The notes: a model not told the origin generated them from the sequence alone. Positions 53,501-63,228 are shown, numbered from the stretch's first letter. The stretch: DNA of 64,000 nt from Nibricoccus sp. (GCA_047602425.1 JASGHG010000001.1:2304001-2368000); one strand, 5' to 3'. Made by a program: numbers and translations.

Positions 53501-54200
53501 GTTCGGTGAAAGATGGGAGCGGGATGTCGTTCTCGGTGAAGAGAAGCGCGACGAAGGACCAGAGTTTCAGCGGCGTGGTGGGCGCGGTGGTGAACCAGTC
53601 CTGAAACGGGCTGCCGTAGCCGCCGATGCGCAACTGATGGCGGTGCTTGGCGGGGGCAAGGTCGGCAAGAGCGCGGTGGTCGAACCAGCCGTAGTTCTGG
53701 CGAACGGATTGATGGACCCGGGCGAGGTTGCGCAGGAAGGCGAGTTCGACGCGTTCGGGCGGGCGACCGGTGGCGACCTGAAACTCGTGGATGAGGGGCT
53801 GCTCGCCGGGGAGGAGGTGAAGGGACTCGGCTTTGGGATGCGGAATGGATTCTTGTTTAACGGTGCCTTCTGGTTTTAGTCCGGTAAATATAGGAAGGTC
53901 CGGACTGGCGTGTTCGAGGAGCCAGGCTAGACCCGTTGCGTAGGCATGCTTGCAGTTGAACCCGAGCGGGCAGGAGCATTGTGAGCTCCAGCCCCTGGCG
54001 GTGAGGTTGAGGTCGACGCCGTATATCTGCGAACCTCGGACGTGGGCGACGATCTTGTTTCCGACCAAAGTGGGCTTGGAAACGCGGCCGGCGCTGAAGT
54101 ACGAACGGCCGCGCTGCTGTGAGCGAGCGTCGAAACTTCCGATGAAGTCCTGAAGGGCTTCCAATCCTTCGTCGGACTCCGGGCCGAATTCAATGGCCAT
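50517..54200 (-). CDS. SWIM zinc finger / SNF2-family helicase
   Basis: CSCPLGFNCKH SWIM; LRPYQ, LADDMGLGKT, DEGQ, LTGTPIEN, FSQF and AIDRTHRIGQ helicase motifs. Confidence 0.93.
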   Translation of the reverse strand: MAIEFGPESDEGLEALQDFIGSFDARSQQRGRSYFSAGRVSKPTLVGNKIVAHVRGSQIYGVDLNLTARGWSSQCSCPLGFNCKHAYATGLAWLLEHASPDLPIFTGLKPEGTVKQESIPHPKAESLHLLPGEQPLIHEFQVATGRPPERVELAFLRNLARVHQSVRQNYGWFDHRALADLAPAKHRHQLRIGGYGSPFQDWFTTAPTTPLKLWSFVALLFTENDIPLPSFTEPFTDLQSAVAEREHCRQEIQLRHWRARFAQLDALTSASEAPAARQSLRLRLTPRNTVWEIAGQTGTYVKLQANQLRDFVHQPAECARALDDVSNVLVALVREHFSGYSRSSLNYADSHDCELLGTFLADPRLRPLIVSPDGAPIADDPRPVTWRINDHPSDPALVLVDLVLPDGSPLPEPVLLLPGTPTRYLHAQRLLFHGLPPIANPAKPQHASFSVEVPRKALELPEAGRFAARAGVRLPGSVADRFRSEKLHARLRARISARRDNADDEILVLELHALSPANEPRARYQPEGWRHDVPGLVTPDDHAWLLHDHASLAPAEIHLKQLPGIHWDGWAPEGGRYTSEITGKNFPEQFAAWLAAVPPGLLVELSPELASFAKAPDRASVVIEIDESSEIDWFDVHTSLRVEDTSLTEKEIDLLMKARGRWVRLAKHGWRRLAVDDQTDAATRAELDRLGLAPETDLHLGKKHSHRYHTLQLAGSLAAERDEALAEKLRARAASLRAIVPPALPNRLQAELRPYQEEGYQFLAHLAALGLGGVLADDMGLGKTLQTLTWFLWLQDRATAEKRPFRALVVCPKSVVPNWQLETKRFTPALSAAPLDPLTQLLPATGIVVVNYAQLRLRADTLLPVQWEAVVLDEGQNIKNPSSSTAQTARALKARHRLVLTGTPIENRLLDLWSLLAFAQPGLLGSQAGFQRLYREKDDPAGARSRLATRVRPFLLRRTKSQVANDLPPRVEEDLFCELDGRQRTLYDAELKRARQMLLQVKTARQFDIQRFNILQSLLRLRQICCDPRLVGLEGEPPVARKKSRKSAASASPGEPAPAASAKMEALLDTIEPLVEEGHRVLIFSQFVTMLELIRDELTARSIGHLMLTGQTENRQELVDKFQSVDGPPIFLLSLKAAGSGLNLTAASYVVLYDPWWNPAVEAQAIDRTHRIGQTSKVNAYRLIAKNTIEEKIRALQREKAAMAAAVVKEESLATVLDLESLRKILS

Positions 54201-54239
54201 GGGAAAAAGAGCGCGCGTTTTTTCGGGACGCGCGGGGGC

Positions 54240-55769
54240 TTAGTACACCTTCTCTTGGAGCAGGGCGAAGAGTTCGGCTTCGGTGATGCGGCGCTGTTCC
54301 ATCGTGTCGCGGTCGCGCAGGGTGAAGGTGTCGCCGGGTTTTTCGATCGTGTCGAAGTCGATGGTTACGCACCACGGAGTGCCGGCTTCGTCCTGGCGGC
54401 GGTAGCGTTTGCCGATGGCGCCGCCGTCGTCGTATTGCACGGCGTAGTTGCGCTTGAGTTTTGTGTAGAGAGCCTTGGCGCGGTTCGTGAGCTGCTCCTT
54501 GTTTTTGAGCAGCGGGAGAATGGCGACCTTGACCGGCGCGATGCGGGGAGAGAGGCGGAGTACGGTGCGTTTCTCGACGTTGCCCTTTTCGTCCTTTACG
54601 TCCTCTTCGGCGTAACCGGCGGCGAGCACGGCGAGGAAAATGCGGTCAACACCCACGGCGGGCTCGATGACGTGCGGGACGAATTTCTTCTTCGACGCTT
54701 CGTCGAAGATTTCCTGCGATTTGCCCGAGGCGGTCGCATGCTGGCCGAGATCGTAGTTGCCGCGGGCGGCGATGCCCCAAAGTTCCTGCACGCCGAACGG
54801 GTACTTGAACATGATGTCGACCGTGCCCTTCGAGTAGAAGGCGAGTTTCTCCTTCGGATGGGCGTAGAGCGAGAGGTGCGACTCGGGCAAACCAATCGAC
54901 AGAAGCCATTGGCGGCACCATTCGATCCAGTCCTTGTGGCACTTGTCCCAGTCAGCGTCCTCGTGGATGAAATATTCCATTTCCATCTGCTCGAATTCGC
55001 GCGAGCGGAAGATGAAATTGCGCGGCGTGATTTCGTTGCGAAACGATTTGCCGATTTGGGCGATGCCGAAGGGCAGCTTCACACGGGTGGTGTCGATGAC
55101 GTTCTTGAAATCGACGAACATGCCCTGCGCGGTCTCGGGGCGCAGGTAGGCGACTGAGGCGGAGTCGCGCATTGGGCCGACGTGCGTCTCGAACATCATA
55201 TTGAACGCGCGCGGCTCGGTGAGGCTGCCGGGTTCGCCGGTGGCGGGCGAGGGAATGAGCGCGTATTCCTCGGGCTTGGCCTCGGTGAAATCTTTTGCGA
55301 CGACGGGAGCGAGCGTGCCTTGGATGGCTTTCTTACGTTTGAAAGATTCGGCGGCGGTCTGGAGTTCGCCAGCGGTATTTTCGCTTTCGAGGGCGGAGAC
55401 GTAGCCGACTACTTTGCCATCGACAACAACGGGCGCGAAAAACAGTTGGTCGGCGCGGTAGCGTTGTTTGGAAACTTTGCAGTCGACAAGCGGGTCGGTG
55501 AAGCCGGCGACGTGGCCGGAAGCTTCCCACACCTTTGGATGCATGATGATCGAGGTCTCGATGCCGACGATGTCCTCGCGGCGGCGGACCATGTCGTTCC
55601 ACCAGCAGTCGCGGATGTTCTTTTTGAGTTCCACGCCGAGCGGACCGTAGTCGAAGAAACCGTTGAGGCCGCCGTAGATTTCGGAGGACTGGAAGACGAA
55701 GCCGCGGCGTTTCGCGAGGGAAACGATGGCTTCCATGATGTTTTCGGATTGGGCTTCTGGCGTGGACAT
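54240..55769 (-). CDS. glyQS: Glycine--tRNA ligase (alpha2 homodimeric type)
   Basis: [41 protein letters not shown] and [12 protein letters not shown] motifs. Confidence 0.95.
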   Translation of the reverse strand: MSTPEAQSENIMEAIVSLAKRRGFVFQSSEIYGGLNGFFDYGPLGVELKKNIRDCWWNDMVRRREDIVGIETSIIMHPKVWEASGHVAGFTDPLVDCKVSKQRYRADQLFFAPVVVDGKVVGYVSALESENTAGELQTAAESFKRKKAIQGTLAPVVAKDFTEAKPEEYALIPSPATGEPGSLTEPRAFNMMFETHVGPMRDSASVAYLRPETAQGMFVDFKNVIDTTRVKLPFGIAQIGKSFRNEITPRNFIFRSREFEQMEMEYFIHEDADWDKCHKDWIEWCRQWLLSIGLPESHLSLYAHPKEKLAFYSKGTVDIMFKYPFGVQELWGIAARGNYDLGQHATASGKSQEIFDEASKKKFVPHVIEPAVGVDRIFLAVLAAGYAEEDVKDEKGNVEKRTVLRLSPRIAPVKVAILPLLKNKEQLTNRAKALYTKLKRNYAVQYDDGGAIGKRYRRQDEAGTPWCVTIDFDTIEKPGDTFTLRDRDTMEQRRITEAELFALLQEKVY

Positions 55770-55835
55770 AAGAGGTGAGAGCTAGCCAGAGGAGCGGCGA
55801 CGGGTCAATGGCGGGGTTGGTGGTTTTTCGACGGT

Positions 55836-55865
55836 AAAAAGCCCCCGCCTGCTGCGCCGGGGGCT
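55836..55865 (-). terminator. Rho-independent terminator after the PL4 lyase
   Basis: Minus strand reads AGCCCCCG-loop-CGGGGGCTTTTT. Confidence 0.8.
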
Positions 55866-55902
55866 GAAAGCCTCGTCAAAACCAAAAGTCGCGTGGGTTT
55901 GT

Positions 55903-57597
55903 TCAAAGCAGATCCACGCAATCAATGCTGTAGCCGGCGCTGAGGTAGCCGGTCGCGGCGCCACTGCCGGAGATCGGCGTGATCGTGAGCGTATTGGTGC
56001 CGGTCACGAACGTGTTGGCGGGAATCGCGAATGTGTACGTGGTGTTGTTGCCGCGATACGTGCCGACGGTGAGGGTGCGTGTGCTCGGCTGGGTCGAGGC
56101 GCTGGCATTGGCGGAGTTCCAACCACCGTTGATCGTGATGTCGGGACGGGCGCCGGCGTAGGCGACCGTGATGCCGACGCGGAGGGTGCGCGCGGTGGCA
56201 ACTTGAGCGACCGTGAGGGTGAACTGGATGTTTTGCGTGCCGTTTACCCCTTTCCACTGGTAGCAGGGAAAGCTCGAAGCGCTGCTGCTACCGACTACAT
56301 ATGTCCCCGGCGACCAGCTGGCGAGACGCGGGTCCTGTGGATGCATGGTGGTGATCGAGGAGCCGTTGCGGAATTCGGTCGGTGTGCCGTCCCAGTTGCC
56401 AATGCGCCAGAGGGCGGCCTGCGAGCTTGGATCACCGGTGATGGTTAGGGTATTGAGGGCGACGGTGCCTCCGGCGGTGACGGTCACGGAGCCGGTATAG
56501 ACCGCGAGCTCATTTTTGTAGATTTTCATTGTATAGGTGCCGGGTCGCATGCCGGCACAGGAGAACGCGCCATTGCTTGCAGCGGCGGTGCACCAGTATT
56601 GGGCGGTCGAGTTGGAAAAGCCGACGGTGTAAGTGTACGCGGTATCGCGGCCGGAGATGCCGACACCGGCGACTTTGCCACGGCCGGAGGCGGCGAGATA
56701 GCCGCTCAGGCCCATGCTGCCGAACCAGGAAGTATCGATCGACGTGGAAGGCGCGCCGCCAGTGGTGGCGACGAAGGTATAGGCATTGAGGATGCCGGTG
56801 CGCATGGCCTCGGTCTGGGCTTCGCCGTAGTTGACGATGTAAGTGATTTCCTGATCGCCGCCGCACTGGTTGAGGAGACAGCGATAGAACGGACCACCGG
56901 AAGCGCCTTCATTGTTGTCGCGCACAACCCACATGCCGACGCCGGAGCCGGAGGCGCCAATGTAGGACCAATCCTTGAGCCGCATGTTGGAGTAATGCTT
57001 GGAGCGAGTCTGGCCGTTGCTAAGAGCAAAGATGTCGCCCGACTCGATGGTGGTGGTAACATTACGGATATCGGATGGTGTGGGTCCGTTGGGCAACAAG
57101 GTCGATGGAATGCGGACGATATAGCGCACGAGGCCGTGGATGTCGGGCTCGGTCGTAAAATAGGTTGCCATGTAGATATGCGGATAGCCGGAGCGCGCCA
57201 TGTAGTAGTGCGTGAGATTGCCGGCCTGCACGGTGACCTTGATGTAACTCGTGTTGATCACAGAGGCACTCACCGAGACAGCGCTAACCCCGGTGTAGAG
57301 GTAGTCAAAGCCGGAGGTGATCTGCGAGCCGCGGGTCTGGTTCTGGTATTCGACACCATTCCAGACGAGGCTCATAATATCGCCCGCGGATTGGGTATTG
57401 GAACCGTTGTCGGTGCGGCGGACCTTGAAGACGAGACCGGCGCCAGTGTCTACCTGATAGTAGTCGGTTGCGGTTGTGAGACCGAAAGCGCCGAACATCG
57501 AAACAGGGACAAACAGGCACAGCGCGAGGACGATGAAACGCGAGACCCGGGAGCGGGCACGCGGTTGACTTTGGGGTATATATGATTGTGGGGTCAT
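55903..57597 (-). CDS. Rhamnogalacturonan lyase (PL4, RhgB-like), exported
   Basis: VDTGAGLVF, TRSKHY, SGGPFYR, WRIGNWDGTP.EF, TMHP.D.R and GTYRGNN motifs. Start placed at ATG 57597. Confidence 0.88.
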   Translation of the reverse strand: MTPQSYIPQSQPRARSRVSRFIVLALCLFVPVSMFGAFGLTTATDYYQVDTGAGLVFKVRRTDNGSNTQSAGDIMSLVWNGVEYQNQTRGSQITSGFDYLYTGVSAVSVSASVINTSYIKVTVQAGNLTHYYMARSGYPHIYMATYFTTEPDIHGLVRYIVRIPSTLLPNGPTPSDIRNVTTTIESGDIFALSNGQTRSKHYSNMRLKDWSYIGASGSGVGMWVVRDNNEGASGGPFYRCLLNQCGGDQEITYIVNYGEAQTEAMRTGILNAYTFVATTGGAPSTSIDTSWFGSMGLSGYLAASGRGKVAGVGISGRDTAYTYTVGFSNSTAQYWCTAAASNGAFSCAGMRPGTYTMKIYKNELAVYTGSVTVTAGGTVALNTLTITGDPSSQAALWRIGNWDGTPTEFRNGSSITTMHPQDPRLASWSPGTYVVGSSSASSFPCYQWKGVNGTQNIQFTLTVAQVATARTLRVGITVAYAGARPDITINGGWNSANASASTQPSTRTLTVGTYRGNNTTYTFAIPANTFVTGTNTLTITPISGSGAATGYLSAGYSIDCVDLL

Positions 57598-57605
57598 AGG
57601 AAAAA

Positions 57606-58562
57606 CTAGAGCGCCTCGATTGGACGATTGAGCGCGGCGAGGAGGGTTTGGCGTTGCTCGGGGTTGAAGTCGGACGAACCAGCCAGATAGCGACGGGCCG
57701 CAGCCGGGTCGTTGGCCGACCATTCGCGAACCACGTGGTCGAGGGTGTCGCGACGCAACTCTGGATCGGTGATCGTTTCAGCCCAACGCAACCTCTGGCT
57801 AGTGGAGTGCAGGGCGGCATCGGTTTTCGAAGCGAGAGCGGCGAAAAAAATATTTCTTTCGACTGGTTCGGTTAACAGTGTGGCGCAGTTGGCGACGGCG
57901 GAGGGGTCCTGTTGAATCCAAGGATCGAGTGCGGCGGCCAGTGCGGCGCTGCGATACGGGCTGGCGGGCAGGGCGAGGGCATAACGACCGAGCTCGGCTG
58001 GCGCGGAGGCGGCCCAATTTTTTGCGACGAGGGCGAAAGTTTCGGAGTCGACAGCATTCTGACGGAGCTGGTCGACGATCAGGTTGCCGGCGTCCGGCTC
58101 GGTGCGAGCCCAGTGGCTGAGGATGAGTTGCAGCCACTCCGCGCGGTTGGCGTCGGGACCATACTGGGCAATTTCGAGGGCAGACGCATGATGAGAGCCG
58201 CGGACGAGCGCACCGATCAGGATCGTGCCAATTTCGTCGGCGCGACCGGGAAACTCACGCATGAGTTGCCGGCCGAGATCGACGGCGGCGGCGGGATTTT
58301 CGGTTAGCGTTTCCAGTGCCTGCATCGTTGCAGCATCGCCAACGACAGACGTCTGGAGTGCAGCGGAAAGCTGATTGCGGACATCGTCGTTGATGACCGG
58401 CCGGTTGGGGAGAGCAGGCGCGGATGGCCGCGAACTCACGGTGGAGGGCGCGCGAGGGAAATTGATTGACGGCGAATTTAGCCGGTACGCGACAGCGGCG
58501 AGTGCGACGGAGGCGCTGAGGCAGACGGAGAGAAGCAGTCCTTTTGACGGGATGCGCGGCAT
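57606..58562 (-). CDS. Hypothetical exported or membrane-anchored alpha-helical repeat protein
   Basis: N-terminal hydrophobic segment, Pro/Ser linker, recurring W..xDP.AA units. Start placed at ATG 58562. Confidence 0.6.
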   Translation of the reverse strand: MPRIPSKGLLLSVCLSASVALAAVAYRLNSPSINFPRAPSTVSSRPSAPALPNRPVINDDVRNQLSAALQTSVVGDAATMQALETLTENPAAAVDLGRQLMREFPGRADEIGTILIGALVRGSHHASALEIAQYGPDANRAEWLQLILSHWARTEPDAGNLIVDQLRQNAVDSETFALVAKNWAASAPAELGRYALALPASPYRSAALAAALDPWIQQDPSAVANCATLLTEPVERNIFFAALASKTDAALHSTSQRLRWAETITDPELRRDTLDHVVREWSANDPAAARRYLAGSSDFNPEQRQTLLAALNRPIEAL

Positions 58563-58656
58563 GGGGTGGGGTAGAGCCCGGGGCGGGCCAAAAGCGAAGC
58601 GGGATGATTGAACCAGTTTTGCGGATCGCCCAACCAGCCCCAGAACTGGGGATTTT

Positions 58657-58676
58657 TTGATGACAAATTGATGACA
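58657..58676 (-). promoter_or_regulatory. Direct-repeat site with 11-bp period (PhoB/OmpR-family box-like)
   Basis: Minus strand reads TGTCATCAA-TT-TGTCATCAA, about 95 nt upstream of ATG 58562. Confidence 0.45.
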
Positions 58677-58840
58677 CAAAAAAGGGTATTCTGCTGGCTG
58701 GTCAGCGGACAGCGCACGCTCTGCGACGCGCGAACCGCGGCCGAGTTTTGATTTTTTGTCACGCTTGCACTTCAGAGGACCATGGTCGGCGCATGTGAAT
58801 TGCCATCTGCTGCAGACTGTGGAATTGCTTGGTCGCTCCT

Positions 58841-59422
58841 ATGGAAAACACAGATCCAATTACTCTTTTTAAGGAATGGCAGGAAGACGCGCGCAAAGCC
58901 GGCGTCATCGATCCTACGGCGATGTCGCTCGCGACCGTTGATGCGCAGGGACGGCCGGCCGTGCGCATGGTTTTGCTCAAGGGTGTCGATGAGCGCGGGT
59001 TCGTTTTCTACACGAATCTCGACAGCCCCAAAGCGGCCGACCTCAAGGTGCATCCGCACGCGGCGCTGTGTTTTCATTGGGCGCAAAGCGAGCGTCAGGT
59101 GCGCGTCGACGGTCCGGTCGAGCCGGTGACCGACGCCGAGGCCGATGCCTATTTCGCGTCGCGTCCGCGGCTCAGCCAGATCGGCGCGTGGGCCTCGAAA
59201 CAGTCGAAGCCGATGGAAGGCTACTGGGAATTGGAAAAAGCCGTTGCGGCCACGACGCTGCGCTTTCCTTTTGGTGCGATCCCGCGCCCGCCAAACTGGT
59301 CGGGATTTCGGGTGAAACCGGAGGAAATCGAGTTCTGGCATCAACATCCATTTAGGCATCACAAACGGTTCGTCTACCGCCGTGACAGGTCCGTTTGGAA
59401 GATGCAGTGGCTGTTTCCATAG
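58841..59422 (+). CDS. pdxH: Pyridoxine/pyridoxamine 5'-phosphate oxidase
   Basis: AMSLAT, RMVLLK, FYTN..S.K, RQVRV.G, YF.SRP..SQIGAWAS.QS and EFW motifs. Confidence 0.93.
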   Translation: MENTDPITLFKEWQEDARKAGVIDPTAMSLATVDAQGRPAVRMVLLKGVDERGFVFYTNLDSPKAADLKVHPHAALCFHWAQSERQVRVDGPVEPVTDAEADAYFASRPRLSQIGAWASKQSKPMEGYWELEKAVAATTLRFPFGAIPRPPNWSGFRVKPEEIEFWHQHPFRHHKRFVYRRDRSVWKMQWLFP

Positions 59423-59542
59423 CAGCTGGGTTGCGGTTGGTTTGCCGAGGGCAGATGGAAAACCGCCGCCTCCCGGCGAAAAATTCATCTTTGTTGTGCG
59501 ATTCTCGATTCGGCGCTGTTAATAGAGAAAAGCACTCCAACC

Positions 59543-60445
59543 ATGAAGCTCTGTCCATCGTTTCCCCTCGTCTTCCGCTGCGCGGCTTTGTTCTGCGTGA
59601 CGTTTTTTGCGACCTGCCTGCTCCCTGGCCAAACCGACGCCAAGAAACAAGAAGCGCCGGCCGATTCGCCGGTGAAGGCCGTTGTCGAGAATCGCGACGC
59701 ATTGCTCGCACGACTGACGAAGGCATTGAGCTACGGTAGTGAAATAGGCTTCGCAAAGCCTTCGAAAACCGACGTGGTGGTGGCGCTGGGAGTCATTGGA
59801 GACGAACACGCTGTTCCTGCGCTGGCTGAACATCTGGCCAACAACGAAAACAAATTTCTTCGCCTAAGAATCGTGCGTGCCTTGGGTTGGATTGGCGGTA
59901 CGCAGGTGGTCCCTCCCTTGGAGAAAGCGCTCAAGGACGAATATCCTCCAGTGCGGAAACAGGCCGCTGACGTCTTGCGGCAACTCACGGGACGCGATTA
60001 TGAATATGACAGGACGGGTCAGCCCGAAAGTTTTAGCGCGAATAATACGGACACTCCCTCTGCCAACGACGGCGCGCGGCTGGAGGAGATTGCGCGGGAA
60101 GTCGCCACGCGCCGCGAGATCCGACAGGCCGCAATGGCTGGCACGGATGCTCCTTTGAAAAAGAAGATAGTCGAACCAGTTGATATTGCTATGGAGGACC
60201 TGCCCGCACGCTTGGTTGCGAAAACGTACTCGGATCTTACCGGAAAGCTGGTGCTGGTAAGCCCGAAAATAGCCGCAGCGGCCATCACCTGCAAAATTGA
60301 AAAAACCACGCTGGCGGACGCAAAAGCGATCTTAACCAGGGCCCTGTTGGACGCGGGTGTGCAAGTGGTGGAACTGGAGCGCGGAGTGATCGCGTTCACG
60401 CCAGTCGATTCCACCAAGCCCGCCGACAAAGTGGTGAAGCCATAG
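59543..60445 (+). CDS. Exported HEAT-repeat protein with C-terminal secretin N0/STN-like domain
   Basis: Signal-like N-terminus; ALGVIGDEHAVPAL, ALGWIG...VPPLEKALKD and VRKQAA repeats; tail YSDLTGKLVLVSPKI..AITC...ILTRALLDAGVQVV. Confidence 0.6.
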   Translation: MKLCPSFPLVFRCAALFCVTFFATCLLPGQTDAKKQEAPADSPVKAVVENRDALLARLTKALSYGSEIGFAKPSKTDVVVALGVIGDEHAVPALAEHLANNENKFLRLRIVRALGWIGGTQVVPPLEKALKDEYPPVRKQAADVLRQLTGRDYEYDRTGQPESFSANNTDTPSANDGARLEEIAREVATRREIRQAAMAGTDAPLKKKIVEPVDIAMEDLPARLVAKTYSDLTGKLVLVSPKIAAAAITCKIEKTTLADAKAILTRALLDAGVQVVELERGVIAFTPVDSTKPADKVVKP

Positions 60446-60484
60446 CCGGCAATCCTCGCGGCAGAGCGTTTCAATCGCACAGGC

Positions 60485-62083
60485 ATGAATGACGACGCCA
60501 AGCTCCTGTTGCGCTATGTTCGGGATCATTCGCAAGCGGCCTTTGCCGAGCTGGTGCGCCGTCACATCGACCTTGTTTACTCGGCCGCGGTCCGGCGGTG
60601 TAACGGCGACACCCACAAAGCCGAGGACGCCGTGCAGCAAGTTTTCCTGTCGCTCGCGAAAAACGCCGAAAAACTTGCGAGCCATCCCGTGCTCGAAGCC
60701 TGGCTCTATTCCGCGACGCGCAACGTCGTTATCAACTCGGCCTTGGCTGAGCAGCGGCGCGCGAAGAGGGACGAGGAGGCGGCGATGAGTGCCCTGTTGA
60801 CCGCCGAGGAGCCGGCGCCCGATTGGAGCGAGTTGAGGCCCGTGCTCGACGACGTGATGGACGAATTGAGCGAGCCGGATCGCACGGCGGTGCTCATGCG
60901 GTTTTTCAAAAAACATTCGTTCGCGGAAATCGGTGCATCGCTCAACATTTCCGAAAACACCGCGCGCATGCGGACCGAGCGGGCGCTGGAAAAACTGCGC
61001 GGGTTACTCGCAAAACGCGGTGTGAAGTCGAGCGCCGGAGTGCTCGGCTTGGTACTCACGCGGCAAGCAGTGGTCGCAGCACCGGTAGCGATTGCAGTGG
61101 GCGTGACGGCCTATGTTTTGGGTTTGCCAAAGGGTTCGACTATCTCCGCAACAGCGGGTACGATGAAGATGGTTTTGACGGCGCTGGTGCTGGCAACCAT
61201 GGCGGTGTTGGTGACGGTGGGCTTTTATTCGGTACGGAGGGCAAAAATTAGGTCGTCGAACAGCCTCGAAGTTTGGACAGCTACTGCTATGACACCCGCG
61301 GTGGATAATTCGCGAGAAAAAAATTCCACGGTCAATGTGAAGGCTGCGGACGACCGCGTGGCCACTTCGGCAAGAGCGATTGTTGCGGCACAATTGCCAA
61401 CGGCAGATTCCGATCCGAAGGCAGTGGAAATCTTGCAGAAGATGGCAGTGACCTATGCTGACTTTTTGACCTATCAGGACAGAAGCGAAGTCACACTAGT
61501 AACATCTGAAGGCACAAAATTGAGTACAGTCATAGGCCAAACGATATTTCAGCGTGCAGGAGGATTTAAGATGGTTTGGCGTCGTACACAGCAGAGCCGC
61601 GACGCAATCAATGGAAAAATTCTCAACGATGGCAGACGGACTGAGGTATGGAGTACTGGCAGCAACGGCCAAGTCATGCCGACATTGCTCTCAGCTTTTC
61701 GGAGCGAACAAATGCTGACCTATGGAAGTTCCTATTTCGTGCCCCGGTTACTCGCGAGCGGTGACGGAACGCCGTCCTTTCCTCTCGATGAAATACACGG
61801 CGTGAAGCTCGTTGGAGAAGGGGTTGTGGACGGGGTCTCCTGTTACAAAATCGTGGGTTCGCGGGCCGACGGCGCTCTGCAGGAGCTCTTGATCGGAAAG
61901 AATGATTACGTGCTCAGGACTATAAAAACGAACCTGTTGGATCCTGCCTCAAAAACTTCGGATAAGCCGGCGTCAATTTTTGGCGTGCGGATGGAGATCC
62001 GTTGGGAAATTTCCTTCAACAAGGTAGTTGAGGATGGAGCCTTTGCGGAGGCTGGATTGGGACCGACGCCCTCTACCAAATAA
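60485..62083 (+). CDS. ECF sigma factor fused to a transmembrane segment and a periplasmic LolA/DUF2092-like domain
   Basis: AFAELVRRH..VY, AEDAVQQVF, WLY and SFAEIG..LNISENTARMR..RALEKLR motifs; hydrophobic stretch near aa 225-250; C-terminal beta-rich domain. Confidence 0.85.
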   Translation: MNDDAKLLLRYVRDHSQAAFAELVRRHIDLVYSAAVRRCNGDTHKAEDAVQQVFLSLAKNAEKLASHPVLEAWLYSATRNVVINSALAEQRRAKRDEEAAMSALLTAEEPAPDWSELRPVLDDVMDELSEPDRTAVLMRFFKKHSFAEIGASLNISENTARMRTERALEKLRGLLAKRGVKSSAGVLGLVLTRQAVVAAPVAIAVGVTAYVLGLPKGSTISATAGTMKMVLTALVLATMAVLVTVGFYSVRRAKIRSSNSLEVWTATAMTPAVDNSREKNSTVNVKAADDRVATSARAIVAAQLPTADSDPKAVEILQKMAVTYADFLTYQDRSEVTLVTSEGTKLSTVIGQTIFQRAGGFKMVWRRTQQSRDAINGKILNDGRRTEVWSTGSNGQVMPTLLSAFRSEQMLTYGSSYFVPRLLASGDGTPSFPLDEIHGVKLVGEGVVDGVSCYKIVGSRADGALQELLIGKNDYVLRTIKTNLLDPASKTSDKPASIFGVRMEIRWEISFNKVVEDGAFAEAGLGPTPSTK

Positions 62084-62111
62084 AAAAGCCCGCGCTTTGC
62101 GGCGCGGGCTT
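62082..62111. terminator. Terminator between convergent genes (U tract on the minus strand)
   Basis: AAAAAAGCCCGCGC-loop-GCGCGGGCTT. Confidence 0.8.
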
Positions 62112-62155
62112 GGGAGAAAGAGGAAAGATAAAGAGAACGAGAAAGATTTTTTCGT

Positions 62156-63148
62156 TCAAACCTTCCAAAGCTGGAGGGTGCGGAGGTAGTTGCCGCGTTC
62201 GTAGGCTTCTTGGTCGGGGCAGCTCTTCAGGCTGAGGGCGCCGATCATCTGTTCGACGGACTCGTACTCGTGCTCCTGCATCCAGGCTTTGAGGCCGGTG
62301 AGGATTTCGCCGAGGCGGGCCGGGCCTTTTGTGAGCAATTCAGCGACGATTTGCACCGAGTCAGCGCCAGCGAGCAGGGCCTTCACGACGTCGGTTGGCG
62401 TATGCACGCCGCCGGAGCAGGCGACGCTCAAGCTAACTTGATCGTGGAGCAGGCCGAGCCAGCGGAGGCGCAGGCGGAGATCTTCGGAAGTCGAAAGGTC
62501 GAGTTTAGGAGTAACGTCGAGTTCGTCTGTATTGATTTCCGGCTGGAAGAAACGGTTGAAGAGGACGACACCGTCGATTTTTTCATCTTCGAGACGGCCG
62601 ACGAGATGAGCGACGCAGGTATAGAAAGGCGAGAGCTTCACTGCGATCGGGATCTGAACGGCGGCACGAACGGCGCGGGCGATTTCCACGACGCGGTTTT
62701 CCAAAGCCGAGGCGCAGAGGCGGCGGCTGGAACCGAGGAAGTAGGTATTCAGCTCGAGGGCATCGGCGCCGGCTTTTTCGATCAGCTTGGCGTGTTCGAT
62801 CCACGAGCCGGCGTTGGTGCCGTTAAGCGAGGCGATAACAGGCAGTTCGGTCTTGGCTTTGATCTTCGCGATATGGCCGAGATACTCATCGGGTCCGAGC
62901 GTGAAACCGTCGGTGGAGGGGAAGAAACTAGTGGCTTCGGCGAAGTTGTCCTGCCAGCGCTCGATGTGGTGGTCGAAGGCGATTTGGTTGCCTTCAATTT
63001 GTTCGGCGAAGAGCGAGTGCATGACGATGGCGGAGGCGCCGGCATCTTCGAGACGTTTGATGTTGTCGATATTATCGACGAGCGGGGACGCACCCGGCAT
63101 GAGTGGGTTCTTGAGTTCCAGGCCGAGGTATTTGGTTTTGAGATTCAT
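62156..63148 (-). CDS. Dihydroorotate dehydrogenase-like flavoprotein (PFOR-associated type)
   Basis: YLGLELKNP, ASLNG, GADALELN, VKLSP, LFNRF and SGGVH motifs; the catalytic SCPN Cys is absent. Confidence 0.85.
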   Translation of the reverse strand: MNLKTKYLGLELKNPLMPGASPLVDNIDNIKRLEDAGASAIVMHSLFAEQIEGNQIAFDHHIERWQDNFAEATSFFPSTDGFTLGPDEYLGHIAKIKAKTELPVIASLNGTNAGSWIEHAKLIEKAGADALELNTYFLGSSRRLCASALENRVVEIARAVRAAVQIPIAVKLSPFYTCVAHLVGRLEDEKIDGVVLFNRFFQPEINTDELDVTPKLDLSTSEDLRLRLRWLGLLHDQVSLSVACSGGVHTPTDVVKALLAGADSVQIVAELLTKGPARLGEILTGLKAWMQEHEYESVEQMIGALSLKSCPDQEAYERGNYLRTLQLWKV

Positions 63149-63183
63149 TTGGGAGACAGTGAAAGGAGGTTGGAAAGGTTTTC

Positions 63184-63219
63184 AAAAAAAGGAGTGCGCT
63201 TTTTTTGGCGCACTCCTTT
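63184..63219 (-). terminator. Rho-independent terminator after PFOR
   Basis: GGAGTGCGC-loop-GCGCACTCC with a T7 tract on the minus strand. Confidence 0.8.
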
Positions 63220-63228
63220 GAGAGAACT

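Noticed and set aside
48952..54200. SWIM-SNF2 plus Fic as an anti-phage defence system
   Set aside because: The helicase directly follows glyQS and looks like the common SWIM-SNF2 type, fic has its own regulatory region, and no nuclease, methylase or other defence gene is adjacent.
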